Both the position numbers and the translations under genes were made by a program. Below are positions 13,324 through 25,759 of a stretch of 64,000 nucleotides of DNA, piece after piece. The notes beneath the pieces were generated by a model that had not been told where the DNA came from, ran no database searches, and saw only the letters and a program-made list of their open reading frames with translations. Within the stretch, counting starts at the first letter, position 1. Every line of letters begins with the position of its first letter. The DNA comes from Botryllus schlosseri (lineage: Eukaryota): contig CM119371.1 of the NCBI GenBank assembly GCA_051294905.1, positions 23,128,001 to 23,192,000 of the forward strand. The letters are read 5' to 3'.

Positions 13324-13827
13324 GAGTATTGGTAGATTCTAATATAAAGCAAAATATATTACTTTTTTTTATTGAGAAACTGGGGCAATATGCAATGACC
13401 CTTGTTATACAAGTCACATAGGCTGATGTGAATGGCGATACGACAGCGTATTTGCAGCAAGAGACTAAATTATGTGAAAATCAATAGATGAGAAATTATA
13501 TCTCGACAGTTGTTAACACCCTGGAACCATTTCTGTACTGTGGAATATTCGCGCGGTGATATACTTTATTCACTGAATACTGTATGTACTCGGTAATAAT
13601 GTGCAGCATTATTCCACCCATGTCGCTTCTTTTTGCAATTGATTTGGGTGCAGGCAGTCATTTAGTGACGGCGCCAGGCCTGGCGCCTAATAATTACAAT
13701 AATAAAAATAGCTGTCTCAAGAACGTTGTCATTTCCCTTACGGGTTTATCAGGAGTTGCTAACGACCGAGATGATAATTTGCTATTTATTCATCATCTTT
13801 TCTGTACACAGACGTGTTGCTATATAG

Positions 13828-15154
13828 CAGTGTCTCCCAAACTTTTTTGAGCCACCGCCCCCCTGGACAACGAATGAAGTGCCAGCGCCCCCGACCCCCC
13901 TCACCACGCGTAAATCAATCGAATGTTGTTTTGCATTTATTACGGCTAATAACGAGACGAATCAAGCTGGTATATTTATTATTGTCATCATCCTCGTCAT
14001 ATTGGGTTTGAATTTTGATAAGAGCAACCTCATTGTAAAATCCCCGCTCTCTACGCCCCGCACTGTCAAGTCGGTTTCTGCTGCGAGTCAGAAACCTTAT
14101 TATCGCGGTACTGAAGACACGTTTTATCAAATATGAGCGGGGAAGGGCAACGAAAGAAAGTCAACCCAACTCAGTGAGAGTCTTTCTATTTGATTTAATT
14201 GTGCATCCAGGACGATTTATTCGAGATATTGAGCTTCAGTTTGAACTCAAAATTTTTCTACCCACACTACAATGTAATCAGCTCCTCGATCACTTCATGC
14301 TCGGAAACTTCACAGAATGCATTGATAATTCGGTAAGGAATTTCTAATTGGAATACATTCGGGAATCACACTACCATATCCTTGTACAGTTTTTCTAAGA
14401 TGATTTATTTTTGCTTCTCCATCAAAATCGGGTATTCGAGCTGAGCCGGTAGCTCATGCAAGCTTGAGAATTGGAACAGTTCACGTCTCGCAAAATGTCG
14501 GTGAAATATCACGGGCTTATCACTGAATCCGGACAGGGCAGATTTTGTCTTCATTAGGATTCGTTATTACTAAGAACGGAAATATATTGCTCATCAATTT
14601 TGGAGAATATGCCCGTCAAGAAGGCCTAGAAGGGATATTGCTTCTCGCAACCTGAACGTCTTGTCGAAGGCCTTGGTCGCAGCACTGTGATGATCCACGA
14701 TCGTTTGAAACAGAGATTACAATCACACATGGTTGCTTCTCTCAAAAAGCCATCACACCTTGAAGCCAGCAATAACTGCTCTAATACTTCGTAGTTCTCA
14801 CAGCGCACAATGAACCACGCTTTCTAGGGATTCTGCCGACTTCTAAATTAGTCCATAGATGGGCAGGATCAACATTGTCAAGTAACAATGGACTTTTCCG
14901 GTACAGCTGATTAAATAGAGACGGACGACCCTAAATTGCCCCGAGTACTACATATTTCGCTGCTTTATTCATCAATCACAGTGTAGGAGCAGTTTGCTTT
15001 CTAAGCCTACACCGCCCTCGTTTGCTCTCAGCGCCCCCCTGCCGCCCGCATTTATAGCTAGCAGCGCTCCCCAATTGCCCATTTCATCTCCAGCGCCCCC
15101 TTCACGCCCGAGAACGCCCCCAGGGGGCGCTGGCGCCCACTTCGGGAACCACTG
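13828..15154 (-). mobile_element. Degenerate hAT-Charlie element with transposase remnants (SCAND3/ZBED8-like C-terminus)
   Basis: TIRs CAGTGTCTCCCAAA / TTCGGGAACCACTG; perfect TSD CTATATAG. Minus-strand remnants ..SYLIKRVFSTAIIRFLTRSRNRLD..RGD..RLLLSKFKP resemble the hAT dimerisation region; many stops. Confidence 0.8.
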
Positions 15155-16819
15155 CTATATAGTATATGACTTCAGTCCCTGCCCTGTTATCAAATCGTTT
15201 ACGTTGCGAAGCATTCCGAACCTATCAACTGAGAGGTGATGAAGTCTAAGAAATAACTTAACGTAAACAATCCCTCAAGATTACAATTGTCGACTATGTT
15301 CATATGTCACAGTAAGAACGTTTGAATTCAATGCTGCGTTCGAACTCTAACACTAATAGTCATAAATCTGTGACCTCGTCGCCAAATTCCAAGAAGAAAA
15401 AAGAGTTTTCTGGGAAATACATCAAAAGATATTTAGTCACCGAGGTGGAAAGGCTCCTACTCGCCATCTCATCCGTGTAAGCGGTGTCTTATACAAGTCT
15501 AGAAGTGGGCAGGTGGTACCAGTCGGCAGCTACGGAATAAAAATGAAGAAAATTAACCTGGCGTAAATGAACATAGTAGTCGACAAACGCCATGAATACC
15601 ACAAACAACTACGACTAGTCAGTCACTTGCATACTGTCACCTAGGGAAATTGAATTCCAGCCAATTCCATCAGCGTACCTCATTTAGACTGTAACAACTA
15701 TATATCTCGTCATATAAATTCAATAAATATATCATATGGTCGAGTAGATTGCGTAAAGTGTATAAATAGATTTTTCGAACGAAATTCGTTAACAATATGT
15801 ATTTACTATTCTTATATTCACCATTAGGAACATATTAATATAAAGTTAATATTGTAATCAGGAAGCCGGAAACCAATGCGGTAGGTACACCAACCCAGTT
15901 TTCAGGGTCATACCATTCCTTTTCACTACGTGGTTAGCAATAATAAGAGATTGCAGATTGTCACTACATCACAGCAATTCAGAATAGCATTAAATTTAGT
16001 AATGAAAAATGCAACGTTTCGCTTTCTTCATTCCCTGACCGTTTTTGCGTAATTGTATATTACAGTCACAGCAATACCCACCGTTAGGCTAGACACAATC
16101 CGAAACCAGCGTACTGCGAGGGATAATTGTTTACAACACAACAGACGCTACAATCAACATTGTCTGCTAATTAGCGGTCAATTTCTGATTTCATGTGACC
16201 TAACGTTACGTAGCTCCACTATAAGATCTTCAGGGACGTGGATGGGTGTGCGGAACGGCGCGTGGTGAGTAAGGATACATAACAGGATATATTGTGACTC
16301 GGGTGGCGCTAAACTTGTTCAATGTACACTTGTACAGGTAGGTCTACCTACAGTTATACAAATGTTCGTAGGATGCTAATTCGCAGTTAAATTTTACTGT
16401 TACGCAGTTCAGTGTTGGTTTTAGACGTTATGAAATCGAAAGGACCATTTAAGCTCCAAAGTTAAGATAGGGGATGCATTACCAATCCCTACATATACTT
16501 CCAATTAGGTGAAATGTTACGACGTTATGATCAATCCAAGCTCGGCAAATCACAAATTATGTTTCACGGACCCCTTGAAAGTAGCCTACATGAGAACTCC
16601 GTAGAAATCCGCTGACCCCAGTTGAGAACCAAAAATCTAGTTTTGATCCGAATTCTCTGGTCTATCGTCACCGCAAGGTTAATTTCCTAATCCAATCCGA
16701 TAGTTTCAAACGGGGTAGCATACAGATTCGTGGTTAGGAGGGCCTTCGCCTATATCTGACAACTTGGAACTTAGGCCTGAGCCTTGGCCGGTTTATCGGA
16801 AAGCTTACGTTTTAAGTAT

Positions 16820-17046
16820 TATCATATGATACGAACTTGGACGTAGCAGTGAAATTAGCGAATATCTTATCTTACAAGTCCACGTTTTCCAAATGCAACA
16901 GATTTTTCTCAATTAACATGGATACCTACTTATAGATCATATGATACGAACTCGGACGTAGCAATACCATTAGCAAATATCTCATTATATAGGTTTACCT
17001 TTTCCAAATGTAACAGGTTTTGTTGATGAACATGGATACCTACTTT
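16820..17046 (+). repeat. ~110-bp tandem duplication of the acceptor/start region of the XK-like gene (also at ~54515-54742)
   Basis: ATCATATGATACGAACT.GGACGTAGCA...TTTTCCAAATG.AACAG...ACATGGATACCTACTT occurs twice. The first unit encodes a mini-ORF ATG GAT ACC TAC TTA TAG (16918-16935). Confidence 0.8.
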
Positions 17047-18009
17047 AGTTTTACGGTTATCTTGACCACAATGGCCATGATGATACTGCAGTTAACAAGT
17101 GACACATATTGCTACTTTCAATATCGGATGAGGGACGACATCTGGCCTAGCTTTGCCATCTTTTCCGACGTTTCTTACATCGGCTTGGTTCTCGGCTTCG
17201 TAATAATTGGGAGACTCCTCTTCAAATCATTCGAGGCAATGGAATTTCCGTGCGAAGAGTTACGCGAGTGGCGGAGGGTAATCGGCAATGAGCTGGTCTC
17301 TATGCTGTTGCTGCAAGCGTTGTTCGAAATTATTCCGTTCCTGTTGCTGAATAGGCACGTGGTGTCGTCACTGACGGACGAGCAGCTACACGATTCGATT
17401 ATATGTTGCGTTTCTCCTCTCTTATCGGTAGCAACCATATTTGTTGCAGTGCAAATTCCGTCTGAGCTGAACAGAAAATATAAATTCCGTTACGTCCCGC
17501 TGATAACTAGATGTTTGCTGTGCTTCAGTCGGATCTGTTTATTCGCAGCGCGGCTGGCCGTCTTATATTTTGCTGTAAAAGCAGGTGATACTACCTACAA
17601 AGTGTATTTCCTAATGTTGCTGGTAATGCGCGTTATACTAGTTGGTTATATGATCGGAAAATCTCTGTCGACAATCCCCGATTCATTCGAGCAATGGTTC
17701 ATCAACGTCAGCAGCCCTCCTCTGCTATTTGTCTACTCCATTCTCACACCGATTTTGCGGCATGATGGCAAGGACCGAAGGAGATGGAGGTTACAAATGT
17801 TCGTCGCGGATCAAGTTACGATGATGGTGATGTCTTCGGTGTTGAATGTCGGAGAACACGCCGATGAAAACAGGATCGTTCCAGGAAACTGGGAGATCCA
17901 AGTTCTCAGCACTGGTGGTTTGCTACTTCTCGGTCTTGCGCTTTATTTCGCCAATATGGGTGCGATGTACCCGGTGATGCCTGTACGTTTCTATTCAGAA
18001 ACTGCTTAA
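17032..18009 (+). CDS. XK-related (Xkr-like) multi-pass membrane protein, 325 aa, intronless CDS (copy A)
   Basis: Intact ORF. The ATG at 17032 corresponds to the start of copy B; an in-frame ATG also lies at 17026. There are many hydrophobic segments. Motifs LTSDTYCYFQY, LLQALFEIIPFLLLN (cf. XK E-S-x-P-Q helix), SPLLSVA and RLAVLYFA fit the XK-family layout. Family call is by eye. Confidence 0.75.
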   Translation: MDTYFSFTVILTTMAMMILQLTSDTYCYFQYRMRDDIWPSFAIFSDVSYIGLVLGFVIIGRLLFKSFEAMEFPCEELREWRRVIGNELVSMLLLQALFEIIPFLLLNRHVVSSLTDEQLHDSIICCVSPLLSVATIFVAVQIPSELNRKYKFRYVPLITRCLLCFSRICLFAARLAVLYFAVKAGDTTYKVYFLMLLVMRVILVGYMIGKSLSTIPDSFEQWFINVSSPPLLFVYSILTPILRHDGKDRRRWRLQMFVADQVTMMVMSSVLNVGEHADENRIVPGNWEIQVLSTGGLLLLGLALYFANMGAMYPVMPVRFYSETA

Positions 18010-18249
18010 TTTATAAAAATGGAAATTTTGCTCGCATATTTACAGAAATATTGTTGTGCCTTTACGAAATATATAAATTATCTGCGGTATGTTGTTATAT
18101 GTCTTCTCAATTCTATCCTAATATAAAAACTTTTTGTGTACTGTTGGCTAAGATACGAATTTGTCGATGTACCGGTCAGTCTACAGCAATTTGATATGTC
18201 TACGGCAGTGTTTTTCAACCTTTAGTAAACCGCAAAACCCTTGCGCTAA

Positions 18250-18720
18250 TATGAGAGGGAGAGGGAGAGAGAGAGAGAGAGTCTTTATTTTCATCCAACC
18301 AAAATATATAACAGCGCAGTGTAGGTACAGAAAATATGCATGCTCAGTATTCGGGATTAGATAGGAATGATCGATAAGACCGTGAAGGTCATCTAGTCTG
18401 ATCACACCAGCATCAAACAGGTACACTTGACTCTAAACAGTCTGGCTGTAAAAAATGTTGCGATAGTTCAAAAAATCAAATAGGAGAAGAAATAAACGAT
18501 GGTAGCAAATGATCAATGAAGCAATGTCTGGGCGAGGTAGGGCAACACTGTTAGTGTAACGACAAGAGGTGATGAAGTAGGGCATTTATGAATCTATTAT
18601 AAGGCAATTCACGGATATGTGGTGGTAATGCATTCCAGATGATAGGTCCCGAGTAGTCGATAGATCTCTTAGTTAGGTTGCTATTGGGTGGGGGTAAGTA
18701 GATACTGTAGTCACATGCAC
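18250..18720 (-). mobile_element. 3' end of an L2-group (L2/Crack/Daphne-like) LINE, copy A-specific
   Basis: Minus-strand peptide DYSIYLPPPNSNLTKRSIDYSGPIIWNALPPHIREL is a typical ORF2 C-terminus. It is followed by AATAAAG and a (TC)n tail at ~18250-18290. Absent from copy B. Confidence 0.65.
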
Positions 18721-18925
18721 AGTTTAGCTAGTCAAAACACACTAATCGACCACAACAAAAATCTCACTAGACATCTCATGCATCACCATAGATTTCTGAA
18801 GTGCAAAAGGACTGCATCAACATATTGTTAACAGAACAAAACCATCAAAATATGATTTCCACGCAAAACGAAAGCATTATAATGAGTATCATTGCATTTC
18901 CGCTATTCCTATTCACCTTGTAAAG

Positions 18926-19351
18926 CAGACGTTCCCAACCTTTTTGGATGTCGGAACCGCATGAAAAAAGTCGAGCAGGCTCCTTAATAACAAAAAGTTG
19001 AAGGTAGCTAGCCCATACCTCTGGATCTCACCACCCAGCTAATACAAAAGCATGCACAATGCACATTGCATATAGACGTGTCTTACATTCTATACAGGTT
19101 ATCTTAGCTTTGATAGGCGCAGATTGGCTAGTGGTATACATTGAAATTTTCTGAAAATGTGTATCGTTACTACAACATACTATTATGTCGTTATGTGATA
19201 GCCCTACAGGCTTTTATTCATTTCATCGCTTGCACAAGCTTGCATGGGATTCTACCCTGAGTAATATTGGAAATATTTGAATTTATACTTGACTATGAGT
19301 CGTTATTTGACGTTAATAAAAGGTTACGATAGTCGTGGTTGGGAATCACTG
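18926..19351. mobile_element. hAT-Charlie-like MITE (shared with copy B, 56501-57487)
   Basis: TIRs CAGACGTTCCCAACC / GGTTGGGAATCACTG; perfect TSD TTGTAAAG. Confidence 0.75.
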
Positions 19352-19379
19352 TTGTAAAGCGTCGTCGCTTGTTTGTTTG

Positions 19380-19622
19380 TGGTATTCGTGGTGTTTGTCG
19401 ATGATTATGGTCATTACACCAGGCTGATATTTCTCATTTTTATGCCGTAACGGCTGACTTCTAGCCTGTTGTAAAACATCGCTTACGTGGATAAGATGGC
19501 GAGCAGGAGCCTATGTAAACCTCGAACACTTAGGTAGGAATTCTGGAGTCGACCTTGGTATGACTCAAACCTGCAACCGATTAGTGTTAAAGTAGGGGAT
19601 TACACCACTACGCTATCTCGCC
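19380..19622 (-). mobile_element. tRNA-derived SINE-like element
   Basis: Minus strand starts GGCGAGATAGCGTAGTGG (A-box) and includes GGTTTGAGTC (B-box-like). There is a partial counterpart at ~57510-57735. Confidence 0.5.
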
Positions 19623-20815
19623 ATAAAAATCCACCGTATGGGTTGGCCGAAACGCAAGCGTGACACCAATTGCCTGAATACAAATGAGCTTACAAATATT
19701 TGAGATAGAAGTGCCAACACAATGATGCGACGACGGATCGGGTTTAAATTTCTGCAGCCAATGATGGCCAAGAGGGGACGGTCATGAATATTATAATGAT
19801 ATGTATGAGTTTGACTTCAGGTGGAAACCCTGCTATTCCGCGGAACGCCGCTTAAGAACCCCTACAGCCCACAACAATTTGATATGTCAAAGGATTGAAG
19901 GATTTGCTCATTCGCTTGAGAAATGAAAAATTGATTTTGAAATTTGCTATGAAATTGGGAACGAATTTCTTCGTACTGTGTCGTAATATAGGCTTCCATC
20001 GTTTACGTCACAATGCCGCAAGTGTGGTACCATATTGATCAAAAGTAGCCTACGACAAGCTCCATTTTTGGCTTCATGCGATAGAGATGAATACAATTTT
20101 CGAAAAAGCAATTTTGCACAGCGTTTCTCAACGTTGGCGATATCGCCCCCAGGGGGCGATTTTGAGATAAGGGGGCGAAAACACCACATTGGGCAACTGG
20201 GGGCGATGGGGGACGAAAATTTGAGAATGTCCTGTGAGATATAGGGGAAGATGTGGTACTTATGGATCAAGATTGGCAAAATGATCTCCGGCCCCCAAAT
20301 CTTCAGCCGATCAGAGCAGATCTTTTGCTGGCTCAACACTTTGATACAAGCTCTACCTACCAGGTGTTAGGGTTGTTCAGAATTGACCAACTTTCAAAAA
20401 GTCTAGGTTTTCAGTCCGTTTCCCATGCCTTATACCTTAAAAACAAATCCTGGAAACTTTTTTTTGTAATTCATCCCCTGCATCCGTGTGCACATTGAGC
20501 TGGAAGAATAGCAGCTGAAAATAGGGGATTCCCCTAAAATCTGAGTGTCACAATTCTACCTAGCCTAGTTAAAGTGACATATAACATGGATTTATGCAGC
20601 TGTTGCGGTTTGGAGTGCTACAAAACCCCACTATGTAAGGCATTCCTAGTTCAGGATATCATTTCCATGTCCCACTCAGCCTTAGAACTGCTCAAAACTA
20701 CCTAAATCTGATAGTCATTTTGTTGGATCACATATCCTACACCCCTCAAACCTACCCGGCACTGTTCATCAATTTCCTGGATCCCCATGTGCAAGAATAC
20801 AACTGTAAATGTAAC

Positions 20816-23322
20816 CAGACATGGGGTGATTACTTCATGAATGTAATCGATTGCGATTACGATTACTTCAGAATCACGCGATTACGATTACGATTACGAT
20901 TATAGCAAAATCAGGAAGTAGTCGATTACGATTACGATTACATTGGAAAAGTAATCACGATTACTCACGATTACATTTGTTTGGCTTCTTAGGACTATAA
21001 TCTTAAATGATATATTGGAAGACAATACAAGGATTGCGATGAAAAGGCTTAATGAGATATCAACTCTCTTCATACATCATGCGATATTTGCTTATTACGT
21101 CATAATATACCAATTGTCCAACATTATAATAGGGGATGATTTATCTCACCCAACGATTTGCATTATTGCCACGTCTTTACCTGGCGCTCCCAAAATTCCT
21201 TAATAGGGTAGGGAGCGTGCTTGAAGGGAACTCAAAAGTATTTCGTAATCCAACATAAATTTTAGAGTATTTTCGAGAATTTAATTATTTCTTGAAAATG
21301 TTCTTCGAGCTTCGCGATTCAAATGTCTCTAGTACAGGGGTCACCAACGCGGACCAAATGAGTCGCCCGCGGTCGCTTTAGCAAATATCCAAATGAAAGA
21401 TTTGAAAGTTGAAGCTGGTTTCATATGAGCCGCAGTTGAACATGGGTCGGCCGACCGCAAGGAACATACGAACGCTATCGCTCGGGGCATTGCTCGTCTT
21501 CGCCCACGCGGTGGCTCAACGGGAATCTATAGCTAATATCACCGAGTCTCGACGCGGAGATCGGCGCGTAAGCGCGCACTGCAGCAAGGCAAGTGAGCCT
21601 GGAGGAGCTGGTGTGAGTCCCGGCGAGTGAGCGTTTTTTGTTCTTGGTAAGGGGCGGAAACCCGGCCCAGTGCTCTGATTGTCTTACTCTAAGTGAAGAA
21701 ATCCAACGGAGCACGGATAAACGGCGGGAGTAAGTGGTAACCCGTCGGTCGTCGCAATAATCAGTACACACTGCACAAGAAGTAGCTTTTTGTTTCCAAA
21801 CGGTTGGTGACCCGTGCTCCAGTAGATAGCTGGGTTTAAAATGCATACCTCTTCCCCTCAAGAGAAAACATGCGTAGGCTATTTTATGGACACAGGCATT
21901 TCGGAGCCGGTCATTACCGCGCCACGATCCCACAACACACCAAAAGAGATATGCAGTTTCGGCCAACACGCAACTCCACGAGATGTGATACCAAAGAAAT
22001 ACCTTGGCCGAAACTTAGGGTATTCGTCCATTGTCAATAGCCGCGCTGGGTGGGCGTTACTAATAACTCCTGTCCTTCCAATCTTGGCCCACAATGCAAA
22101 TGCCACCCGGCGCATCCACAAAGGAATAAAGCCATGACAATTTGTGTGTGCGTATCACGAAAGATATTCTTTTAGTCTGCTACGTTTGGGCGAGTACAAT
22201 ATCTTTTGATTATACAACAGACTGGAGGTCGCGAATTAACAACATACAATGAAGTAAGTATAACAACATACCAGATGCTACAATTATGAATTACGTGCCC
22301 CAGCTCTACAGGTAAATCTGACACTCGGGGCAGAGAGAGGTTATAAATGAATAGTAATATAATGCAATTACCAATATTATTGACGAAATCCAGTTTTGAA
22401 AATTGACCAACGGTTGGACTGGGGGACGAATTGCTGTTTTGGTTCTGATTCTAGCTACAACCCACGCTAACAAGTCAGGGTATATAAGCGGATGGTTATG
22501 GCGACAGGTCCAAATGCTGGGTAACGAACTGTGAAATAACGATTGACGCCCGTTTGAAGTAGTTATATGAGAATAAGATTTAGTGAACATAAAAATTCTG
22601 CCTTCAACTTAATACATAGGCTATACTGCGAGCTGCTGTTACGAGAAACGGCTAAGCACGGCTCGGTTATGATATATATCAGCAGCTGTTTATTTGTAAT
22701 GTTTCGTTGTGGAAACTGCAATGTTTTATTCGACGAGTACAAAATTCCGAATCTTTGTCAGGTGCACGCTCGTACGTAGGCCTCCTGCTCGCCAAGCAGC
22801 AACGGTAAACTGCGTTTAGCTAAGCACAACCAAACATCAATACATAAGTTACTATTTGAAACTATAGGCAGAGTGGTGATCATTATCCTGCTGCGAGGTA
22901 GGGGCTACTGTAGTGTATTAATAACCTGATATACACCACGGGGGTGTTCTTACAATCACACTACAATGTTCATCGCATGTCTGTTTACTATGTGTGGATA
23001 CTTCTATGCAATGACGAGCGGAGCTAATGCTTCTGACGTAATAATGAGTAGTGGCGTTTGAAAACAGACGTCTGTGCTATCGCTAACATGGTATATTATC
23101 TCATTCTTGTTCACGAATATTCAGTTTATGTCATAGTCCTTGTACAAACAAAAAGTAATCGTTCTTTCACAAAAAAAATCGATTAGATATGGGAAGTAGT
23201 CGATTACGATTACGATTACTTCGGATTTTTTTCGAATGTAATCGATTGCGATTACGATTACTTCAAAATGCTGTAATCGTCGTAATCGATTACGATTACT
23301 AATCGCGATTACCCCATGTCTG
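20816..23322. mobile_element. Non-autonomous hAT element with GATTAC subterminal repeats, nested in the hATm element
   Basis: TIRs CAGACATGGGGT / ACCCCATGTCTG; perfect TSD AATGTAAC; (GATTAC)n arrays at both ends. Confidence 0.85.
21335..21816. mobile_element. Charlie-like MITE nested in the GATTAC element
   Basis: TIRs CAGGGGTCACCAAC / GTTGGTGACCCGTG; TSD CTCTAGTA / CTCCAGTA. Confidence 0.75.
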
Positions 23323-23416
23323 AATGTAACATCCACTCACAGCCACATAATAAACATCACAGGAAACGAAAAAATAAGGCAAAGAAAGAGATCAACTTGG
23401 CAAAATATTACATAAA

Positions 23417-25759
23417 TCAGGTGGATGAAATGGTTGCTTTCGAGAAATCTGCATATCTGTTCCGGTGATCTTCCACAGCTTGTAGGAGGCTCGTTCGCTG
23501 TTTTTTGTCATCCGTTATGAACGCAGCATAGTCGGTATTCAATTTTACTATACGCTCTGCTGCATCATTAACTACTTCAACAGTATTCACAAATTCTTGA
23601 GCAGTCACGAAATCCAGATCAGCATGCCATTCCTAAACTGGAAGACTCAACCAATCATGTTCCACATGTATAGCATCAAATAGAAACCACGATTCTGGCC
23701 CAATCAAATCGACCATACTCAGTGACTCAGAGACAGAGTCAGAGATCAGACTGAGAGGCATACATCTGCGATATTATTCAGGGATTGGCATTTTCAGCAA
23801 TTTAGCAGCCATCGCTTCCTTCAGTTTGTCAGGAATCGTTGGATTAGCCGAGAACGTGGTAAATACCACCATTTCCTCAGTTAGATACCAATGATGTTTT
23901 CGCAATTTCTTGTATGCCACATCAGCAACAGTGAGATCGCATAATGAAAAGTTTTTCATGTCATGAAGGAATTTGAGATCATTCCAAGGTGCGTCACATG
24001 CAATACCAGTTTTCAACCAAGCTGGAACATAAAACAAAGCAATGAATGTATTGATTCGTTCGAACTTTTCAATGAACTCTTCAGAATAGTCCATTTGCTC
24101 ACTCCACATGAACAGTTTTTGACAGTACAGGACTTGACTCATCCATGTAGCGCTATGAGTAGCACCAGGCTTGCGAAAACGATGATCAACATATTTGTCA
24201 TCCAAAATCGCCAAGGTGCCTGTTGCACATTCTCTGTAGTCATCTCTTATCAAGACTTCTTTCTGCTTTCCATCATTGGGTTTCATCAGTGGAATTATTT
24301 CTCGCTTTGATTCATCAGCTTTCATCGCCAACCAGCTGCCTCAATAAACTTCAGCGTTTTATAGCTTCTTGATTTATCAATATGTTTCCACTTCTTCTTG
24401 AAGGTATTAAAATCCGTGTTTTCATGGCCTGTGGTTGTCGATCCAAACAAACACTTCCAAACCTCTCGAATGACCAGTTCATAAATATGATGGCGACAGG
24501 CATTGTAGAAAACTTTCCTGTTAATCAATTCTTCAAGTAACGGAACCGCACCTTTGTTTTTACCAGTGTTTGAGGATGTTGTGTCAAACACAAGAGCTCT
24601 ACCAGATTTTGTTAAATTCCAAAGTTCCAGCAGTTCAAATGATGCATCAGCCTGTGTTTTTCCTGTAGCACTTTCCAGAGTTTGAATGCCAAGAAGTTTC
24701 CCTTTCTTAAATGCGCCGGAATAGGCAGACGATGCGAGCACTGCCAAGGCCTCAAATTGATATCCTAGATGACTCTTAGTGAGCTTTCCATCCCAGTGCA
24801 ATGCAATGTGCTCTGGGGATTGGTGGATATTTTTTCAAAGATAGATTCGGAAATTTTCAAACGATTTGCAATGCGTCGTCGATAGGTCCCAGATCTTGAA
24901 AGATGGAAGTAATTAGGGTTGCCATCGCAAGCTTTAATCAGTGCTGCAGTTATCATGGCAGCGGCATTATCACCGACTTTCAAGCGATCAAAAACCTGGC
25001 ATAGGTCTTCGTCGCTGAATAGGTTTACAGGAGCTTTTAGAGTCACAAATTTAGCGGAATGACCAGATGTCGACTGTGCAAGTTCAAAATCAGTGCTGTG
25101 AGAAGTGTCAGCTACCTGTGAAGATATAGATGAGCTCTCTGAAAATTCTCCTTCGCTACTTGATGCTGGTGCAGACTCTCTTGCACTCATGGTTCGTCTC
25201 TTTTGTTGCATGATTTTCGCTTTCAACACTTTATCTTTGCCACCGATCGTTGCTAATCTCGGACCCCTTTGATCCTGATAAAATGCTATGTCTTCACGTT
25301 TTTTATCGTCAGAAAGAAGTCTACTTGCTTCAATTGTCGCTATCGCGTCAGGGGCTCCTATATCCCATAGCTTAATCAGTTTGGCTTCAAAGTCGCTTTG
25401 TTTTTTTGATACATATTGCCGGCCTGCAGTTTTCTTTAGTGACAGCCATTGTTTCCATACTGTTTCCAATCTTTTAGTGGCATTGACTTTTGTGATAGTC
25501 TTTATGCCAGCAAGTAACCAAAAACCGATCACTTCATCTACTGCGATCTGGATGTGTGACTTGACTGGTTCATTTTAAAAAAATGCATGCTCTCTCAGGT
25601 GTAGCACATATTGCATAACTTGCCTCAGAGTGGGCAACTTCGATCCCGTAATGGCTTCCTCAGATGGCCCAACTAAGAAATGCTGTGTCTGCGATCGTGT
25701 TCTTCTAGTTTTCTTCGGTACTGCTGCACTAGATGACGATTTTCTTTTTTTTCAGACAT
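23417..25759 (-). pseudogene. hATm-like DDE transposase, frameshifted
   Basis: Consecutive ORF pieces carry SKLPTLRQV, HWDGKL, FDTTSSNTG, ACRHHIYEL, ATWMSQ, HHWYL and VVNDAAER motifs, with several frameshifts and stops. Confidence 0.85.

Noticed and set aside
17175..17438. Antisense ORF conserved in both duplicates (also 54870-55133)
   Set aside because: Its conservation is explained by the sense-strand XK-like CDS.
20860..20975. (GATTAC)n, (GACTC)n and (AATCC)n arrays as CRISPR-like or telomeric repeats
   Set aside because: There are no unique spacers. The arrays are subterminal repeats inside TIR/TSD-bounded MITEs in a eukaryotic context.
21409..22137. Cluster of overlapping ORFs (up to 164 aa)
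   Set aside because: They lie within nested non-autonomous elements and have no protein motifs.
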